Below, in pieces: positions 1-12,600 of a stretch of DNA of 64,000 bases (the stretch's first letter is position 1; each line of letters begins with the position of its first letter). The stretch spans positions 7,936,001 through 8,000,000 of the forward strand of contig CP075497.1 of the NCBI GenBank assembly GCA_021613535.1, in the 5' to 3' direction. The notes below the pieces were generated by a model. It was not told the origin of the DNA. It made no database searches and saw only the letters and a list, made by a program, of their open reading frames with translations. Source of the stretch: Adineta vaga. Its lineage: Eukaryota; Animalia; Rotifera. The translations under genes were made by a program, and so were the position numbers.

Positions 1-38
1 GTATTATTAAAGAAAATAAAATAACATTTACTATTTAG

Positions 39-1165
39 AAATGTCGATGGTAATATTATTCCTGAAGACAATAATAAGTTTATTCAAGTTATTCGACCAT
101 TATTAGTTGAACTTGTATGTAGAGAATTTTTTAGAAGGAAAAAAAAGACAAAGTTTTTTTACATATCATAATTTTTTATTCTTCGAAATAGATTGGTACC
201 GCTTTATTTGTTCTCATTGGTTTATGGGGTGCTTGTTCCAGTGGTGGTGTTATTGCCGCTGCACTATCTTTTGGTCTTGCTCTAATGGTTTTAGCCGCTA
301 GTTTTGGTCATATATCAGGTGTTCATTTCAATCCATCTGTTACAATTGGAGTTTTAATTGCTGGTGAAATGCAACCTGTCATGGCAATACTTTATGTTGT
401 CATGCAACTTTTAGGAGGTAGATATCTATTATTTATTTATTTCAAAAGAAATTTGATTGATAAAGAAAACTACAAATGATTTCATTAGGTATTGCTGCTG
501 CTGGTCTTTTACGTTTATTACTTGCCACATACACTTATGCTGGATGTAAAGGTGGTGCAACACTTTTAACAACATATGCTGCAGTGAACCGCACAGTTGA
601 CAATCGAGTTGTTTATTATACTGCGGATTATGTTACCTTTTGGCAAGTAAGTTAACAATGACTCTAAGATATGAGAACATATGTCAATTGTTTCCGGTAT
701 TTATTTTCAGGGTATTTTAATTGAAGCAATTGTTACATTTGTACTCGTTACGGTCATTCTTATGGTTGCTCTTGATACGAAATCGAAAACTGGATTAGCC
801 CCTGTTTTAATTGGATTTACTTTAGCAGTTAATATTCTTGCTATGTAAGTTGACATAAAGAAGTAATAGATAGCTGGATTATTCATATTTCTCTCTAGTG
901 GAGCTTATACCAGTGGTTCACTCAATCCGGCTCGTTCACTTGGTCCAGCTATATTTTCTAATGAATGGGAATACCACTATGTATACTGGATTGGTCCACT
1001 TGTTGGCGCTATTGTTGCTGGTTTTCTCTATCGGTAAGAAATTGCTCGAATACATATATATATGTTTAAAAACATATTCTTTTCTTTTCGTTGAATAGAA
1101 CCGTTTGGGCCCATCATGATCGTCGTATGTTTGTTAAACGTACAACTACAGTTGCTAAACATTAA
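39..1165 (+). CDS. Aquaporin (MIP family, AQP8-like), 5'-partial, multi-exon
   Basis: Spliced translation: RPLLVEL/IGTALFVLIG...GHISGVHFNPSVT...ILIEAIVTFVLV...GAYTSGSLNPARSLGPA...HYVYWIGPLVGA...KH*. It has both NPA-type motifs and short GT-AG introns (e.g. 115-191). Bases 1-38 look intronic, so the start lies upstream of the window. Confidence 0.93.
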
Positions 1166-2557
1166 AGATGATTTTAAATATACACATTCATATGGTTTTC
1201 TTGTATTTGTGTTGTGAATATTAATTAAGCGAAATTTGATGTGTATACTGCTTTGATGTGTTTATTATTCATTTGGCTTATTTTCTCATAAATATTTTCT
1301 ATTTCATCATTTGTTCGTGTGTGTGTGTATATAGATTAGATTCATTGATTTGTTTTTCTTTTCGTTTTTGTTAGTATAGATCGTTTAGTGTGAATTTCTA
1401 TGTCTTTTTTCCTCTTTTTGTTGCTCAATAATCGATGTTGGAGAATGAAAATCATACTCTATTTGTTGTGTGTGTGTGTGTTTACTAAAGATATTCGATT
1501 GAAATTAATAAATTGAACAAAAAAAAACACTACAAAGTATTGATAAACATCTCTAATAGAAATCAAACGACTTAAGAATAAGATGAAGAGATGGTTCCGT
1601 TTTGTAATTGGGTTATTGATCATATTTATTCGATGAATACAAAGAATAGCAGTTCATCGAGAACTGTACTTGATCTTATTATCTTGATTATACGAAAATA
1701 AAATCAATTAGATAATTACTTTAAAAAGGAAATAATTATTGAAAGTTACAAATATAGATGATAGGAGAACGAGAGTTATATGATGAGTATAAAGCTTTAT
1801 TTATCTTAAAAAATATTAAAAAAAAGACTTGTTCTAATTTTAACCTTCATGAAAAAAATATTTTTGTTCTCTGATAATAATATGCAAAATGATCTAATTA
1901 AAAAATGATTATTTCTTTGGTAAGAGAAAGGAAGAACGAGAAATTAAATTCAAATATAGCACTAAGATTAAAGATAAGAAGTGTACATATATGCATATTT
2001 AATGAATAAAAGTAGTATTGTTCTTAAATTGCTTTTTCTTCCTTTTTCTCCTGGTCATCGAACATGTGAGGATCAAGTTGACAAGAATATGACAGTACTG
2101 ATCGAGATCATAACAACTTTTTTGAATACGATAAATGTGTCAGGTCGTTATTAATCAATGTACTCTTCACTATAATAATGATACTTGATCAGATTTGTCA
2201 AGTGGGGAGTGCACGAAATTTCTATGCTATATCGGAAACGAAAGTAAGGTTGATTCTAGTTTTTGTACTATATGATATTTTAAATTTTAAATTAGTTGTA
2301 TTTACAGATGATTTGCTGTTGAGAAATGCTTCTGTTTGCCAAGAAGACAATCATATCATAATGATCATATTTTTGTTTTATGTTCAATCATTTTTCAAAC
2401 AAAAATTGATCTTACAGTGACATCTACGATGAATAATCGGATTGGTGAACATCGATACAGTTAAGTTGAATAGAAAAGTTGAGAAAGAATAACAAGGGGG
2501 CAGAAGGGTAGATCGATTGTTTTGTGTTTTCTCGTGCTGATATTCTAATTGTAGACA

Positions 2558-5500
2558 ATGAGCAAATCCGATGCACGTAAACGTCAACGAACAACAAGTG
2601 GAAACAGTGATTCAGACTCCGATTCAGATACTTCACGTTCGAAACGTAATCGAAGTTAATTTTTTTCTTTCGAAATTATTATCAAAAGGTGTCTATTTTT
2701 TTCCCATAAAGACATTTTTGCCGATGGTTATGATGAAAATTATCGTGGTGATGCAAATGATCGTGCTTGGTTAAAAACTTTATCTGAACGTGAACGTGAA
2801 GCAGAATTATTAAAACGACATGAACAACGAGAAATAATCAAACGTCGGTAAGAAATTCTTTTTAAGTTTATGTGACTAAAATATCTGTATTTATTTCTTT
2901 GTATTTCCTCTTTAGTGAAGAAATTAACAAAAGACTGAAATCAAAAGCTGAAGAATCCGGAATAAAAAGTGAAGAAGAAGGTGAAATTGATGATCAAGAT
3001 GATGACAGTGATAATGAAAAGGCCAATAAAACTTCAATACGAAAGTCAAATGTATATGACAATGACATTTATGCCGAAGATGATGATGATGATGATTATG
3101 GATCAACGGCCAATCGACGAAAACAAATTAATGCATCAAAACAAAAAGAAACTGAACATAGTAAATCTCTGCAATTATTAGTCGAAGGAAGAAAGAAAAA
3201 ACAAGGTAAGAAGAACTAAAATGATTACAGATTTGAATGATTTAAACATTGTTTAGATGAAAAACACAAGAAAACATTAGTCAAATCTGAAGGAGCTTCA
3301 TCTAGTGATGATGATACTTCTGAAAAACCCACAAAATCAAATGACCAAGATGTAAAATGGAAAGTTACTGATGTTTATCAAACATCTAGTGAAGATGATG
3401 ATGATGACGATGATGATAGTCGTGGCAATGCACGTAATCGTCGTCTTCGTTCACGGTAATTTCTAGATAATCTTTTTCTTTTTGTCGAAATCTTTATCCT
3501 ATTTATCATTAGCTCACCTGATGATCGAATGCATGATTCTCGTGAACATGATTCCAAGCGAAAAAGATGTACGCCGATTACTACTAGAGATCAACTCAAA
3601 TCTATGATATTATCACGTTTTCGCATGGAAAAGTAAATGATCGATGTTTTCTTGCAACATATCCTCTATTGTATCGTTTGAATAGATGGTGCCATTCACC
3701 ATTTTTTAGCGATGTTGCCAAAGGTGCATTTGTTCGAATTAATATCGGTCAAAATAATGGTGAACCTGTTTATCGAGTAAAGACGAAATTGTTTTCTTTT
3801 TGCTATTACGAAAACTTTTTATCAAATTATTTCTTCTTCTTCTTCTTCTTCTAGGTTTGTGAAATCAATGATGTTGTAGAAACAGGGAAAATCTATAATC
3901 TTGGATTAACACGTACTAACAAAGGACTTCGTTTAAAGTAAAATACAATTTATCTATTAGAAAATTCTTTTTATTATTCTATAGACATGGAAATAATGAA
4001 CGTGTATTTCGACTTGAATATGTATCAAACAATGAAATATCCGACAATGAATTTCAACGATGGAGAGAAGCAATGATTAGACAAGTAAGAACAAAGGAAA
4101 TCACCTATTTTTTTTCAAAACAAAATAATAAATATGTATTTTCTAGGGAATTTCATTACCAACACTTGATGATCTGGAAAAGAAAATGAAAGAAATTGAT
4201 AAATTCAAACATTATGTTTATAATAATAATGATATAACTAAAATAGTACAAGAAAAAAAACGATTTCGTAAAGCACCAATCAATTATGCAGTAACAAAAA
4301 ATGAACTATTAAAAGAAATCGTATGTTCAAGTTGAAATTATGTCATGATCTATTAGTTATTTTCTAGGAAATGGCCAAAGATGATAATGATGTCGAAAGA
4401 GAAAATGAATTAAGAAAACAATTGACAGAAATGGAAGAAAAAGCATCTGAACTTGATCGTAAAAGATCAGAAAATATTTCAGTCATGGCGTAAGTACATT
4501 GTTTGCGTGACAGAGAGAGAGAGAGAGAAAAAGAAAGAAAGAAAGAAAGAGAACAAAAATAGTGAAAGAAAAATGAGGTCAAAAAGAAAGCGAGAAAAAG
4601 GAAAGTAAGGTATGAAAGGTCGATAGATATACAACACATTCGGACACTAGTACTCAATAAATAAATATATATATATGAATGCGTTGTCGGTACATTCTAC
4701 GGTATATATGGTTATTCGTTATCGGTTTTTGCTCTTTATGGATTATTTTTTATTCAAAAAACAATGGTGAAAACTGTCGACGAATTGTATCAAAGGATGA
4801 ATCATATGGGACATATGACATACCAAAAATAGTACATTTTATTACTGGACAAGGCGATGTAAGTGAATCCATTCTTGATCAATATGGTCCACGACTTGGT
4901 TATCGTCGATTGGAACGAGCTCCCTCTGAATTTCATTTAATAAATTATCTTGTATTACTATCTGCTCGTCAACATATCAAACCTGATCAAATCTATATTC
5001 ATTATTCATACGAACCAACTGGTTATTGGTGGTTGAAAGCTATACAAGATCAACAATTGAATTTAACTCTAAATAGAATTCCTCCGATCACGTCGATTTA
5101 TAATCATCCATTGTATCATCATGCACATCGGAGTGATATTCGACGATTAGAAATTCTGGATAAATACGGTGGAATCTATTTAGATTTGGATGTTCTTGTT
5201 CTCAAATCGTTTTCGAAATTAATCTCCAATTTACATCAAGTTGAAGCTATTTTCGCTTGGGAAGACAGACAATTTCAAGCTATATGTAATGCCGTTATCT
5301 TAGCACCAAAAACATCAAAATTTCTTCGACGAATTTATCATTCCTATCAAAGTTTTAATTCATCCTGTTGGGCTTGTCATTCTGTATTATTAACAGGACA
5401 ATTAGCTACGATCTATTCGAATGAAGTCTACATCTTGCCTTCACAAGCGTTCTTCACTCCATCTTGGTCACATATTGCCGAACTATATATCTATAATCAG

Positions 5501-6480
5501 TACGATTTTCAAGAGAATTATGCATGTCATCTTTGGAATTCGTACATAGGAAATCTATTTTTACATAATTTAACAATGAAGTCAATATCGCATCCTGAGA
5601 GAATGACAACATTTATTCGAATGATTGATCACGCTGTTGGAAAAAAGAAATTGAATACTATTGCGCGAGAGAATTTTTCGAAATAAAATTGTAGAGAAAC
5701 TTGTAATGTGAAACTTTATCGTGACATTTGTTTTTCTATTTCAGTGAAATTAATCGAAGAAATCGAGAGAGTACACAGAAAAATATTGAAATGGTTTTAG
5801 CTGTAAGTGAATTCTGGATTGAAATTGAATTGAGAATATGATTATGGATATAGCGTGAAGCACAAGAACATCGAGATACAGCAGCTGATCCATTTACACG
5901 CCGTCGTTGTGCACCGACACTAGTCACAAAAGTATGATATTGCTTTTCAAAAGAAAAGTCATTTTCTAATGAATCTCTTTCTCGACTTCACAGTCGAATA
6001 ATAGAGAAGATTTGATACGTGAATTACATCAAGAACGAAGGGCAGCTGAAGCAGCAGCAGCAAAGAAAAAACTTGATGATCAACAAAATCTACGGGTAAG
6101 ACATTTCCGACAAAAGAATTCAAAAGATTGATTTGATATATTTTAGTCCGATGCACATAAATCTAAAACAATCACATCAGTTACCACAGCAACCATGATC
6201 AAAGAGGAACCCACAGATAAAAAGGTACAGTTTGGGAAATTTCTCTGATGAAACTCACTTTGAGTAATTACATATGAGTCATATCAGAGCAATATAATAT
6301 TACCATGCAAACATTCATTGGTCTTTTCTTTTTCTTTTTTAGAATTCAGAAAAAAGTTTCTCATCAACAACAACAACTATCGAACGTGGATCATTTACAT
6401 CATTTTCCGAACATAATGATGAAATGTTCACATCTCATAATTTTGAACTGGATTTAAATATCAAGCTCTTCTCAGATTAA
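2558..6480 (+). CDS. RTF1: RNA polymerase-associated protein RTF1 (PAF1 complex, Plus3 domain), multi-exon
   Basis: Histone-modification-domain-like [39 protein letters not shown]; Plus3 domain [29 protein letters not shown]...VYRVCEI...[23 protein letters not shown]; C-terminal [13 protein letters not shown] and [10 protein letters not shown]. Confidence 0.95.
4512..4549. repeat. (GA)n/(GAAA)n microsatellite
   Basis: agagagaga...gaaagaaagaaag tract in the RTF1 intron, upstream of the nested gene. Confidence 0.8.
4679..5686 (+). CDS. Intronless DXD glycosyltransferase (GT32/Gly_transf_sug-like, type II membrane), nested in RTF1 intron 4490-5744
   Basis: 335-aa ORF with an N-terminal signal-anchor ([17 protein letters not shown]), [30 protein letters not shown] (DXD), CNAVILAP and YACHLWN. 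Confidence 0.88.
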   Translation: MRCRYILRYIWLFVIGFCSLWIIFYSKNNGENCRRIVSKDESYGTYDIPKIVHFITGQGDVSESILDQYGPRLGYRRLERAPSEFHLINYLVLLSARQHIKPDQIYIHYSYEPTGYWWLKAIQDQQLNLTLNRIPPITSIYNHPLYHHAHRSDIRRLEILDKYGGIYLDLDVLVLKSFSKLISNLHQVEAIFAWEDRQFQAICNAVILAPKTSKFLRRIYHSYQSFNSSCWACHSVLLTGQLATIYSNEVYILPSQAFFTPSWSHIAELYIYNQYDFQENYACHLWNSYIGNLFLHNLTMKSISHPERMTTFIRMIDHAVGKKKLNTIARENFSK

Positions 6481-6684
6481 TGGATATAGATTCAATCATT
6501 TGTTTAATGTCGTGTATCGCTTTTCTCATCTCACTACCTCTCTTTTTTTGTTTGTTTGTTTGTTTGTGCTTGTACATGTAAAAAAAGAAGACAAACCTAT
6601 ATATATATATACATATAGATTACTAGAGAAAAATCAAAACAGCAAACAAAAAATTTCATGTATTTTCGTTTTTCAGATTATTTA

Positions 6685-9600
6685 ATGGAATATTCCACGC
6701 ATGTATTTATTCAACAAACACCGATTACTGAACAAAATTTTGAATTAAAGTATGAGAATTCATTTGATTTGTATGAGATTCTAAGATCATTTTTGTTCTC
6801 CTTTGTTTTTTTTATAGACTTCAAGATATATCGGATCAAATAACAACAAATGGTTGTGTATGTCCAAGTGTCTTTTCACCATTTACAAATCTTGTTGTTC
6901 AACAAGCAGTAATTTCATCACGACATATTGCCTTTCTACTTCAAGTAAAATCATCAAATTTTAAATTATAGACAAATAATCAAATGTTTTTCTTTTACAG
7001 GATGGAAGAATATGTCGAGTATCATTTCGTGTTCAAGCTGATAAAATTGAACCATTACCAACAGAAACAACAAAAAGTAAACCAAAACATTTAACAACAC
7101 AAACAACACGTCCTCAAACTCGTCAACCTATTCATCGTTTGAATAATTTCGATCGTCCCAGTTTTGAAAATCTCGTTCTATCATCACCAAATCCATCGAT
7201 AGCAGCACATAATGCTGCTGCAGCTGTTGCTAACACTACGAATACAAATCCTAGTGGACAAGTCGATTTATTACCACAATTACAAGCTGGTTATCCTTTA
7301 AGTCGACAACGGCATCATTTAATTCGAACAGCACGAGGACGCACTGGGATTATATTTGGTTCACGACCTTTAATTCCTGCATCAAGTGTACCAGAAGAAT
7401 TAATTGAACAAGTATGTTTTATTTAGATATTTTTGTTTTTGTTTTCTTATTGAAACTATTTTAGGTTCAAGTTGTTCTTCAAGGAAAATCTAGAAATGTT
7501 ATTTTGAGAGAATTACAAAGAACGGTAAATTCAATTGATATAATAAAATAAATCTTACTTTTTTCCTTTGTTTTGTTACTAGAATTTGGATGTAAATATG
7601 GCTGTGAATAATTTACTAGCACGTGATGATGAAGGTGATGAAGATCTTGATGATGATTATGTGGGAGGTAAGACTATCAGAAACTGCTTTCTTTTTCTTT
7701 AAAATGAAGATTAATAATGATTTTCTTTTTAGCTGATCTGATTTCTTTACTTGATGTTAATCCACATAATGAACATCCAGGATTAATTCTTGAATCAGAA
7801 TTTTTCGATGAAGCAGATTTTGCATTAAGATATAGCAATATACAACGTCGAGTTGTTTCTGCTCGAATTGGAAATGTTGGTATGTATTATCTTGTCTTAA
7901 ATGAATTGTCACAGAGTACAAATGTTTTTTTTATCTTCTAGCAAATAATCCAGCTGCTCCAACGGTTGCATCAGGAGGTTCAACTGCCATCAATTCAAGT
8001 TTAGGTGATCAATCTAATGTTAACAATTCATCTTCAACAAATCCTCCTTCGACAGCAAATTCATCAACAGTTGTAACTTCTTCGACAAATCCATCATCAA
8101 CAACAAGTAATCCATCTGAACGTGATCGTAAACGAAATCGTTATGATCCACGTTGGTTAGATGGATCTTTACGCGAAGAATTATTTGGTCGTATTGATCG
8201 AGAATTAAAACCAGATGATCTATCTATTGTTAAAGATAATAGTTCAACAAAAACATCATCCATTCGTAAAGATCAAAATTCATCGTCATCTGCATCATCT
8301 CAAACAAATCCTCCAAGTTATCAACAACAAATTTCTGCGCCTGCTGCCATATCATCAGCTCCTGTTCAAAATCCAATTGTTTTCGGTGATCAATTACAAT
8401 TTTGGACAGACAATAATTCGGAAAATACTTATCCACGTTTTACACATATCGCTTGTCTTTATTCGGAATTAATCGCTATCAATACAAATGGTCAATTATG
8501 TCAATGGAATTGGCAAGATGAATATCCATATCAAGATATGGATAATTCTCAAATAAAACATCCGAAAACAATGGTTTTACAATTGTTAAATGAAAAAATT
8601 CTTCATCTTTCTGCGAATACAATTCGTGCATCAGTCGTTACGGAAAATAGTCGTTTAGCAACATGGATTGATGATTCATTAGGTTCTCATGTAAATTTCA
8701 AATTTCAACATCCACTACAAGAACTTTCACCAACAATTCCATTGCATATTGTGGATATTCAAACTTCTCCTCTATATACAATTATTCGTACGGATACCGA
8801 TGATCTATATTGGTACGGTTTATTACCAAATAAACCACGGAAAAAGTTACTCGAACGTTTAAAAGAAAAAACACGAAAAAATCGTACAAATAATTCAGCT
8901 CAACAGCAACAACAACAACAACAGCAGCAGCAGCAAATTATTACAATCGGTTCATCTGTTTGTTTAATATCAAATCCATATTATAATCAAGGTGCATTAG
9001 CATTTTATATTCGTGATGGACAGCCAAAATTAGGTCAATTAATGGAACAAGCTTGGATGTTATCAAACACGGCACGATTTCGTATTAAAATTCCTGAATT
9101 AACAATCAATAAGAATAAAGAAGATGATAGAAGTTCATTAGAAATGCCACCTCCACCTTCACCAGCTTCATCAACATGTAGTGTAGATTCGAACACAAGT
9201 TTTGCATCTACATTAAAACGTAAAAAACATACGAGTACAACAACGACAGCAACAGCAACAACAACGACAACAACAACAAATGCTAGTGGTGGAAATGGTT
9301 CTAATCCATTCTTGATGACAATTAATGATAGTGATTCAAATGAACAACAACAATTACAACAACATAGTAAAATCAAAGATGAAGAATATTGGCCATTGGA
9401 TGAAGTCATTTTCATTGAAGATTGTAAAGTGTCACCAATTGGAAAAGTGGTGAAAATCGATGGATCACTTGTCTTAGTTAAATTTCCTTCCAAACCGAAT
9501 AATAATCCTAATCCTAATCCTAATAATGAAATAAATGAAGCAAATATCGATATGAATAATCTGGAAAATTGTCGTATACTTCGAAAAGATGATTTACAAG

Positions 9601-12600
9601 TAATAATTAATTGTTGATTTCATAAGATATTTTATCATTCGTCTTTTCATTTAGATTGTCAAAAGTAATACAATTCCTAAAACTCCAGATTGTACATTAC
9701 CAATAACAAATGCAAAACGTATTGCATTAGAACATGGTAAACTACTAACTTATTCTGTTGACAAAGATTGTAAGTTTATCTTTTCTTTTCATTAATACAA
9801 AAAAATCTTGTCTTTCAATTTCATTTAGATCTTCATACGTTACAAATTCGTGATTCAACTATCTACTACATTATGTATGAAGTCGGTAGTAATAATGGTT
9901 TATGTCGTTCGATTCGTCAAAATATTTTGCCATTAGTTAATAATCGACAATCTTTATTATCTTTTCTTGGAGGAAATTCAAATCCCATATGTTTATCAAC
10001 ATTAAATTCGACGGATATACCTCGATTATTAATCGATGGAAATCGTTTACTTTATCCATTTATTTACAATCAAGATGGAACAAATTTAAAAGAACCACAA
10101 TGGAAAAATTTATTAGGAATTAATTATTTTACTCAAGGAATCATTCCATTGAAAAATGCAGATCATTTAAATAAAAATCATATTATTTTAAATCTTATGC
10201 AAATTCAAAAAGGTATTTTAATTCCACATATACTTCGTTATGATATCGATAGAATTCGTTCGATTTTAAATGAAATTGAATTAACAAAAAATCGTGATCT
10301 ATTAAAATTAATCTTAGATGAACGATTAGATGGTTGTCGAAATCTTTTTCATGCTTGTGTTTATATAGCAACACCTATGAATAATAAAGAATATTCAATC
10401 AATGATGAACAAATTCAAAATGAAAGCAATACGAATTTAAAACGTATATCATTTGCGATTGATCTTCTTCATGCCCAAGGAAATCCTGATCATAATTATG
10501 GAGAAAGAAGTACAACAACAACATCATCATCATCGTCAACAACAAACAATGCATGGATGAATGAACCATCTACTAATGATGCTCAACCACCTTCATCACC
10601 AACAATGCCATCAGGAACAACATCAAATTTATATCGAGTAAGAATATTTCATAATAAATTAAAGAATTGTTTTTTTTTGAATGTTTTGTCTTTCAGAGTT
10701 TATCAACAGGTACACCTTCGATTAATCCTGGTTCATTATCTCCATCATACAATCCAACAAGTTTATCATCAAAAATTCAACAAATTCAATATCTTCAAAA
10801 TCAATTATATCCTCAACCAACACGTTCATCACGTTCAAATTCTAATGATTTTTCTGTCTGGTCATCATGCAAATATGATGAACGTGAAAAACGTATTCGT
10901 TCAATAAAAATTCTTCGTCTATTACTTGATTATCCACTTTTTCAAGAACATCTTCTATCTTTACTTAGTTTTCGTAATCTTGAAGGTCAAACACCCTTTA
11001 TGTCGGCAGTTAATTCACGTGCCTATCATTGTGCATTGATTCTTTTTGATTATGCTCTAAAAATTTCGAAACGTGAATCACAAATGGAATTTCCAACACC
11101 ATCCGTTCAATTCTTTCTTGATGCATCCTCACCATCACCAATCATTAACGATCCCAAACAACAATCAGATAATCTTCTACTTCGAATGATTTATCCATTA
11201 TCATCAAACAATTCAGATTATTCACCATTATATACCATATGTACTAATGATACATGTTCATTTACATGGACCGGTGAAGAACATATTAGTCAAGCAATAT
11301 TTGAATGTAAAACATGTGGTTTATCAGGAACATTATGTTGCTGTAGTGAATGTGCACAAACTTGTCATAAAGGACATGATTGTCGTTTGAAACGTACATC
11401 ACCAACAGCATATTGTGATTGTTGGGAAGTGTGTAAATGTAAATCATTAATCGCTGGTGATCAACAAAAACGTTTAGAATTATTCAAATTATTATTAAAT
11501 CAAACGAATCTAGTTCAAATACAAAATTCTCGTTATGAAAATATTCTACTATATTTAGTTCAAACAGTTGGAAGACAAATTATTGAACAACAACAATTTC
11601 CTCGAACATCAACTGCTGCTATTTTACAACAGCAAGCACGTAAATCTCGAGAGCAATTAACAAATTCTTCATCAACAGGCGGTAGTAGTAGTGCAAAGAA
11701 ATTACAACATCAAAATTCTTCATCAGGTTCAACAAATAATAATAATTCAACAAATCAAATGGATTTAGATACGAACAGTAATATTCCAGATCATCATTTA
11801 GAACCACCACAATTTTGTAAGAATTTCGCGTTCTATTTATCATTTCTAATTAATTTTTATATTTTAGGTCGTCGAGCACTTGAACTTATTTTAGCTGATT
11901 GGTCTGGTGTTAAATCAATGCTTTTATGTGGTTGTCCTGATGACATTGATCCAGCAGTCATTAATCCAAAAGAAGTCTCTCCAATTCTTTCAACATGTCC
12001 ACCAATTCTATCTACATATGATAATGAACATTTATTTTCATTAGATCAACAACAACAAACAAGTCAATTAGATCGCTTTACTTATTTTCTTCTTGCAAAA
12101 TGTAATACAATTAAACAAACAAATTCATCGACAACAACAAAAAATTCATCATCAACATCCAATGAACTTTTAGATATCCTATTGAATACATTAATACGTG
12201 AAATGTCCAATCCAACACATCGTGATATGGCTCGCTTTGTTACTGCACGTTTTGTACGAAGTGTTATACGATTATTTATTATTCTAAGTCTCGAATCTGT
12301 ACCTGATAAATGTTCATCAGCATCAAATCAACAATTACCATCAGGTACAGCAATTAAACGTATATCAGCAACAACTGTTACTGGCGCAACAATAACTACA
12401 AGTTCAAATCTTTCATCATCATCATCATCATCAGCAGCAGCAATCAATGGTCCACAAGCGATTTTATATCAATGTAAACGCATATTTCAAATGTTAACAA
12501 TTATATCAATCAATGCACTTGCTCATACAGCCGATTTATTACTTGCACCTGTTCGTCATGGAATTGCTAAACCAACAGCAATGTTTAATCTTTTATCATC

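Noticed and set aside
2872-3219. Met-rich and His-rich ORFs overlapping RTF1 (and similar ones over UBR5 and the zinc-finger gene)
   Set aside because: They are alternate-frame or antisense readings of Asp/Ser-rich GAT/TCA codon runs in real exons.
9035-9493. 152-aa antisense ORF with poly-Val and Cys runs
   Set aside because: It is the mirror of UBR5 poly-Thr/poly-Gln codons and has no independent features.
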